Assembly: GCA_951406725.2 (NCBI GenBank)
Contig: OX597817.1
Coordinates: 109,368,001-109,432,000 of the forward strand
Reading direction: 5' to 3'
Source: Octopus vulgaris
Taxonomy: Eukaryota
Length of the DNA: 64,000 bases
The notes below the pieces were generated by a model. That model saw only the letters and a program-made list of their open reading frames with translations. It ran no database searches and was not told where the DNA came from. Made by a program: the position numbers and the translations under genes. Positions 59,262 to 64,000 of the stretch are shown piece by piece (positions within the stretch are counted from its first letter, which is position 1; each line of letters opens with the position of its first letter).

Positions 59262-61012
59262 GTTAGTTAGTTAGTTAGTTAGTTAATTTGGCTCAAAAGC
59301 AAATAGCAAGGCCATGTAGGGGGACATGGAGTTAAGTACAGGGTGGTGTTCATATAAAGAGTTCAGGCCACTTGAGGTCCAGGGAGGCTTTGAACAAAGC
59401 GGTCGTCGGCATCTTCACCATCTCGTCTGGCAGCTTGTTCCACGGATCCGCAACCCGGACGGAGAAAGCTCCTCTCCTTCGATTGAGATGAAATCGTCGC
59501 AGGTAGAGCTTTTCGGAATGACCCCGCAGCCGACGCTCTGGAGCAGGAGTGAAGAACAGCTCTTTCGAGAGGTTACACTTTCCGCTTATAATGTTGTGGG
59601 CGAGAATGAGATCACCATGGCGGCGGCGTTTTTCAAGAGAATAAAGGTCGAGCGTCCTCAGCCTTTCTTCGTAGGACAAATTTTTGAGACCATGAACCAT
59701 GCGGGTAGCCAGCCTCTGGACTCTTTCGAGATGCTGTATGTCTTTGAGGAGATAAGGAGAAGAGGCCTGAATCCCATACTCCAATATGGGTCTCACCAGC
59801 GTGACATAGAGTGGTAGGAATATGGCTGCTGTGAGCATTCCGAATGACCGTCGAATCAAGAACAGAATTCCGCGTGCTTTATTGGCAGGATGGACGCACT
59901 GGGCCGAAGGCCAAAAGGAGGAATCCACCAAGATACCCAGGTCCTTTACCTGATCGGTCCTCTCCAGCAGCAGACGACCCGGCTCGAAATCAAGTTGAGT
60001 TGCAGGAGTAGAGCCGACAGGCAGATGACAGCACTTTGACACGTTCAGACACAGGTCCCAATCGTTAGACCACTTCCAAATTTGGTGGAGGCATCGACGA
60101 AGATCCTCTATATTACCGCGAGGAGCGACCAGTTTGATATCGTCGGCAAATAGAAGGGTGTGTTGCGTGAGGTCGTCGGGCAAGTCATTTATGAAGACTA
60201 AGAACAACAAGGGCCCAAGCACTAAACCTTGAGGCACGCCACTGCTCGCACTGGAGACGTCGGACCGCGAACCATTAACTTGGACTTGGAAGGAGCGATC
60301 TGAGAGGAAGGCACCAATCCATCGTATAATATCCGGATGGAAACTATATGCTTGAAGCTTGACAAGTAATAGGCGGTGGTTTACCGAGTCAAAAGCTTTG
60401 GCAAAGTCCAATAAAACGATGTCAACAGCATCACTATCATCGAGGATGCGCGTCACCAATTCTTCCATTACTAGTAAGTTGGTCAAGCATGATCTCTTCG
60501 GCCCGAAGCCGTGTTGGGAATCAGAGATAAAGGCTGTGTTTAGGAGGTGGAGCATCATACTATTCTTAAGGATGGTTTCGAACATCTTGCTCATTATTGA
60601 TGTAAGGGAAACCGGTCGGTAGTTAAGCGGGTCTTCGCGGCTCCCTTTCTTGAAAATTGGGCAGATTATCGCTGTTCTCCAGTCTGCAGGTATAACACCT
60701 GTCGCCAATGACATATTGAATAGTCGTGTTAAGGGCTCGCAGATGACTGGAGCCAACGCTTTGATAACCCGTGGGTGTATGCCGTCAGGGCCGTGACCCT
60801 TGTTGACATCGAGGCCTTGAATAACACGTTTGACTTCGTCCCGCGTGATGACCAATCGAAGCATTGGAGGTACCGATCTATCAAATGGAGGGGTTCACGA
60901 CCATCATCTTGTTTGAAAATAGTTGAAAAAGCCTCGGCAAATAATTGACTCTGTTGATAAGGGTCCTCAATCGATACGCCTGTTGAGTCTACCAACGTTG
61001 CAATCTGGTTGC
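59262..61012 (-). mobile_element. CR1-type LINE, 5' truncated, with (TAAC)n tail
   Basis: Contains the RT ORF; 3' tail is (GTTA)n on + at 59262-59285; 5' end stops at a TA/TACA repeat. Confidence 0.9.
59350..60864 (-). CDS. Non-LTR reverse transcriptase (504-aa open frame)
   Basis: GPDGI, NYRPVSLTS, QHGF, LDFAKAFDSV, GVPQG..LGP, FADDIKL, KDLGI, LERVQR, RGHSEKL. Confidence 0.9.
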   Translation of the reverse strand: MLRLVITRDEVKRVIQGLDVNKGHGPDGIHPRVIKALAPVICEPLTRLFNMSLATGVIPADWRTAIICPIFKKGSREDPLNYRPVSLTSIMSKMFETILKNSMMLHLLNTAFISDSQHGFGPKRSCLTNLLVMEELVTRILDDSDAVDIVLLDFAKAFDSVNHRLLLVKLQAYSFHPDIIRWIGAFLSDRSFQVQVNGSRSDVSSASSGVPQGLVLGPLLFLVFINDLPDDLTQHTLLFADDIKLVAPRGNIEDLRRCLHQIWKWSNDWDLCLNVSKCCHLPVGSTPATQLDFEPGRLLLERTDQVKDLGILVDSSFWPSAQCVHPANKARGILFLIRRSFGMLTAAIFLPLYVTLVRPILEYGIQASSPYLLKDIQHLERVQRLATRMVHGLKNLSYEERLRTLDLYSLEKRRRHGDLILAHNIISGKCNLSKELFFTPAPERRLRGHSEKLYLRRFHLNRRRGAFSVRVADPWNKLPDEMVKMPTTALFKASLDLKWPELFI

Positions 61013-61169
61013 AATATATATATATATATAGATAGATAGATCTACTTACATACATACATAAATACATACATACATACATACATACATACATACATACATA
61101 CATACATACATACATACATACATACATGCATACATACATACATACATACATATATATGTACATATGTAC

Positions 61170-61356
61170 ACAGGGTGCAGTGAATAATGTCGTCTAAATT
61201 GAGCAAAAATAGAAATAACGCTGACATCTCATTTTAACAGGTATATTTATCAAAATTACATAAACATGTCTTGAGATACTAAAGAGTAAATTTCTTCAAT
61301 AAAATCACCATTGGCTTGAACCGCGGCCTCCAGACGACTCCAGAGTCTCTTGCAAC
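61170..61356 (-). mobile_element. Tc1/mariner 3' end remnant
   Basis: Terminus CAGGGTG at 61170; minus strand CKRLWSRLEAAVQANGDFIE. Confidence 0.6.
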
Positions 61357-62608
61357 TCTGTAGAGGATATTCCAAATTTAGTCTTCCGGTAGACATAGCC
61401 GACGAAGTCCATCAGTTTTACAATAACAAACGTATTCTGAAAAGTCCGAAACTCGAGTACTAGTACTCAAACAAAGATACCCGTCACTACTTATAGAAAA
61501 TGGTATTCAGTGGGCTATGAAAATACCCACGCAACAACTAAGGACAACACAAAAAAAGAAAAACAAGAACAAATCATTCCATTTATCGTGACGCTGACGC
61601 ACAATCCATGCCACCAGAACATCTTCAATATTGCTAAAGCAAACCTACCAATCATTGCTCAAAGTAAGGAATTTAGAGATATCATTACAGTAAAAGATAG
61701 CCTAAAAGCTTGGAAACGTTATTAACAAAGGTAAGATTTGACCTTAGCAACAAAGACCAACCATTCACTGTGTCGAAATGCAATGCCAGCCGATGCGGTA
61801 CATGCCAATTAATTCATACAAAAACGGGGGAAATATTCACAAACGCAAATATGAACTGCAAAAGCAGAACTTTAATCTATCGCATCAAATACCCGAATTG
61901 TGAGGAACTGTATGTTGGCCAGACAGGCAATGCGCTATCAGAACGCTCACGTGTGCACCGACAACAAATTAAAAATCCAGAAGTCCACCAAATACCGATG
62001 AGTAACCATCTGGCAACATGTAGCCGGAAAATATTTCTAATATTTCCATTTCATAAACTATACAATCCGAATGAAATCGTGAGAAAACTGAGTGAAAAGA
62101 AATTTATTAATGAATTCAAACCCAAGCTTAACAAACTATGATAAAAAAATAATCTTATTAAAGGTTTAAAAGTCTTATCGTCATATCTAAAAATTAAAAT
62201 CTCTAAAAAGTACTGCCGTCATCATTTCTAAAAATAAACACTGAAAAATGGTGTGGCATCATTCCTGAAAATAGCCAACAACTACTACTTCTAACCACAG
62301 GAATGTATATAAAGAACAAAGTTAACCAGTCAACCACAGTTGAAACCAATGAACACAACTGTCACCACCATATGAACCTGAAGATTGCATAAGTGCCAGA
62401 AAGTATACTAGTTCAATAAGAATGGACATTTAATATTGCATTTGTTCAATAAGAATAGACTATTAATACTTAATTTCATTTCTTTTTACTATATTATTTC
62501 ATATCTTATATTAATATTATAAGATTATAAATAAAACGTGAAAAACAGACAGGGTTGGAATTCCTTTGAGTGATATATTCTTCTAAACATAATCATACAA
62601 ATCCCTTT

Positions 62609-62612
<4 letters not shown>
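61357..62612 (+). mobile_element. Penelope-like element 3' part (Cys-rich linker, GIY-YIG, 3' terminal region)
   Basis: IPFIVTLTHNP, CNASRCGTC, LIYRIKYPNCEELYVGQTG..R..VH, EKKFINEFKPKLN; ends at (TA)n. Confidence 0.88.
62373..62415 (+). ncRNA. Minimal type I hammerhead ribozyme in the PLE 3' region
   Basis: UGAAC-CUGAAGA-UuGCA uaag UGCcA-GAAAG uaua CUA^GUUCA; palindromic GUAUAC. Confidence 0.78.
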
Positions 62613-62656
<44 letters not shown>

Positions 62657-62664
62657 TATACATA

Positions 62665-63232
<568 letters not shown>

Positions 63233-63348
63233 CCTATATATATATAATTAAAAAAATAACGGAGGAAAAAAGACAACAAAAAAACAACGCCAGGTGGTGG
63301 TACATGCAAAGGATTAATATGATGCTCAGAGAAGGAAAGAAAGAGTGG

Positions 63349-63387
63349 CTGTTTTACTTTTCGAGCAAAACTCTTCTTCGGAAGCAG
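63349..63387 (-). ncRNA. Decayed minimal hammerhead-like motif
   Basis: CUGCUU-CCGAAGAA-GAGU uuu GCUC-GAAAA GUA^AAACAG. Confidence 0.4.
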
Positions 63388-63446
63388 GAGGCATAGAAAA
63401 GTTCAAAAGAAAAGGAGGTAGGAAGAAAAAAATGGAGGAAGAAGAA

Positions 63447-63486
<40 letters not shown>

Positions 63487-64000
63487 ATGTATCCGTATAT
63501 ATCTATATATTTACATAAGAGCTTGCATATTGAGCTATTATGTACTCTCAGTGATTACATTACTCAGAAGAGCTAAGATCAAACGCCGATGTCCAGGAAC
63601 TGTAATTGACTGTTTATCAGGCAGTTAATTATCCAGAATTTCTTTTCTGGCTTCTCGTTGTGTTCATGCAATATATATTTATCGCTGTTGTTATTATTTT
63701 TCCTTGTGTCACCACTTCTAAAGGAAACTTCTGTTCTTGTTACCTTCATGACAATACCCTCCTTATCCTAAGCTCTACGCGCATATTACCACGACTGTAG
63801 TTTGAAATTTGAGCAACTGCATAGAAGCTTCCTTGGGTAGACGTGTTTGCTCAGCATTTGTGAAAATTGATAACATTTATAATAGTTAGTTTTTTGACAC
63901 GTTTTGGTAGTTATATGATAGTTTGGGAAAATGACAGTAATTTGGTCAAAAGGACACTGTGTTCTTATGCTGTCGCTATTTCGTGCATCAGTGAAGTTCC

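Noticed and set aside
59326-59817. 163-aa plus-strand ORF
   Set aside because: Antisense shadow of the LINE RT ORF.

Overview
AT-rich, repeat-saturated animal genomic DNA. The SINE families and the (TA)n/(TACA)n/(TAGA)n/(TAA)n load point to an octopus-like cephalopod (inference). No host protein-coding gene can be confidently called, and most ORFs in the track are translated microsatellites. The window holds decayed or truncated retroelements (RTE, CR1-type, R4/Dong-type RLE LINEs inside (TAA)n, an L1/Tx1-like ORF1, at least five Penelope-like GIY-YIG/RT fragments), Tc1/mariner transposons (DD34E, mariner, DD41D), a non-autonomous Helitron and several tRNA-derived SINE families. The main signal missed by the ORF track is a high density of type I hammerhead ribozyme motifs, about 8 well-formed plus several decayed. 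Some lie just downstream of Penelope endonuclease ORFs. Others lie in non-coding, terminally redundant 330-364 nt units arranged as inverted dimers inside (TA)n tracts, resembling retrozymes or Penelope pLTR derivatives. Fold-back duplications associated with (TA)n recur across the window. All folds were read by eye; no activity or database search was possible.
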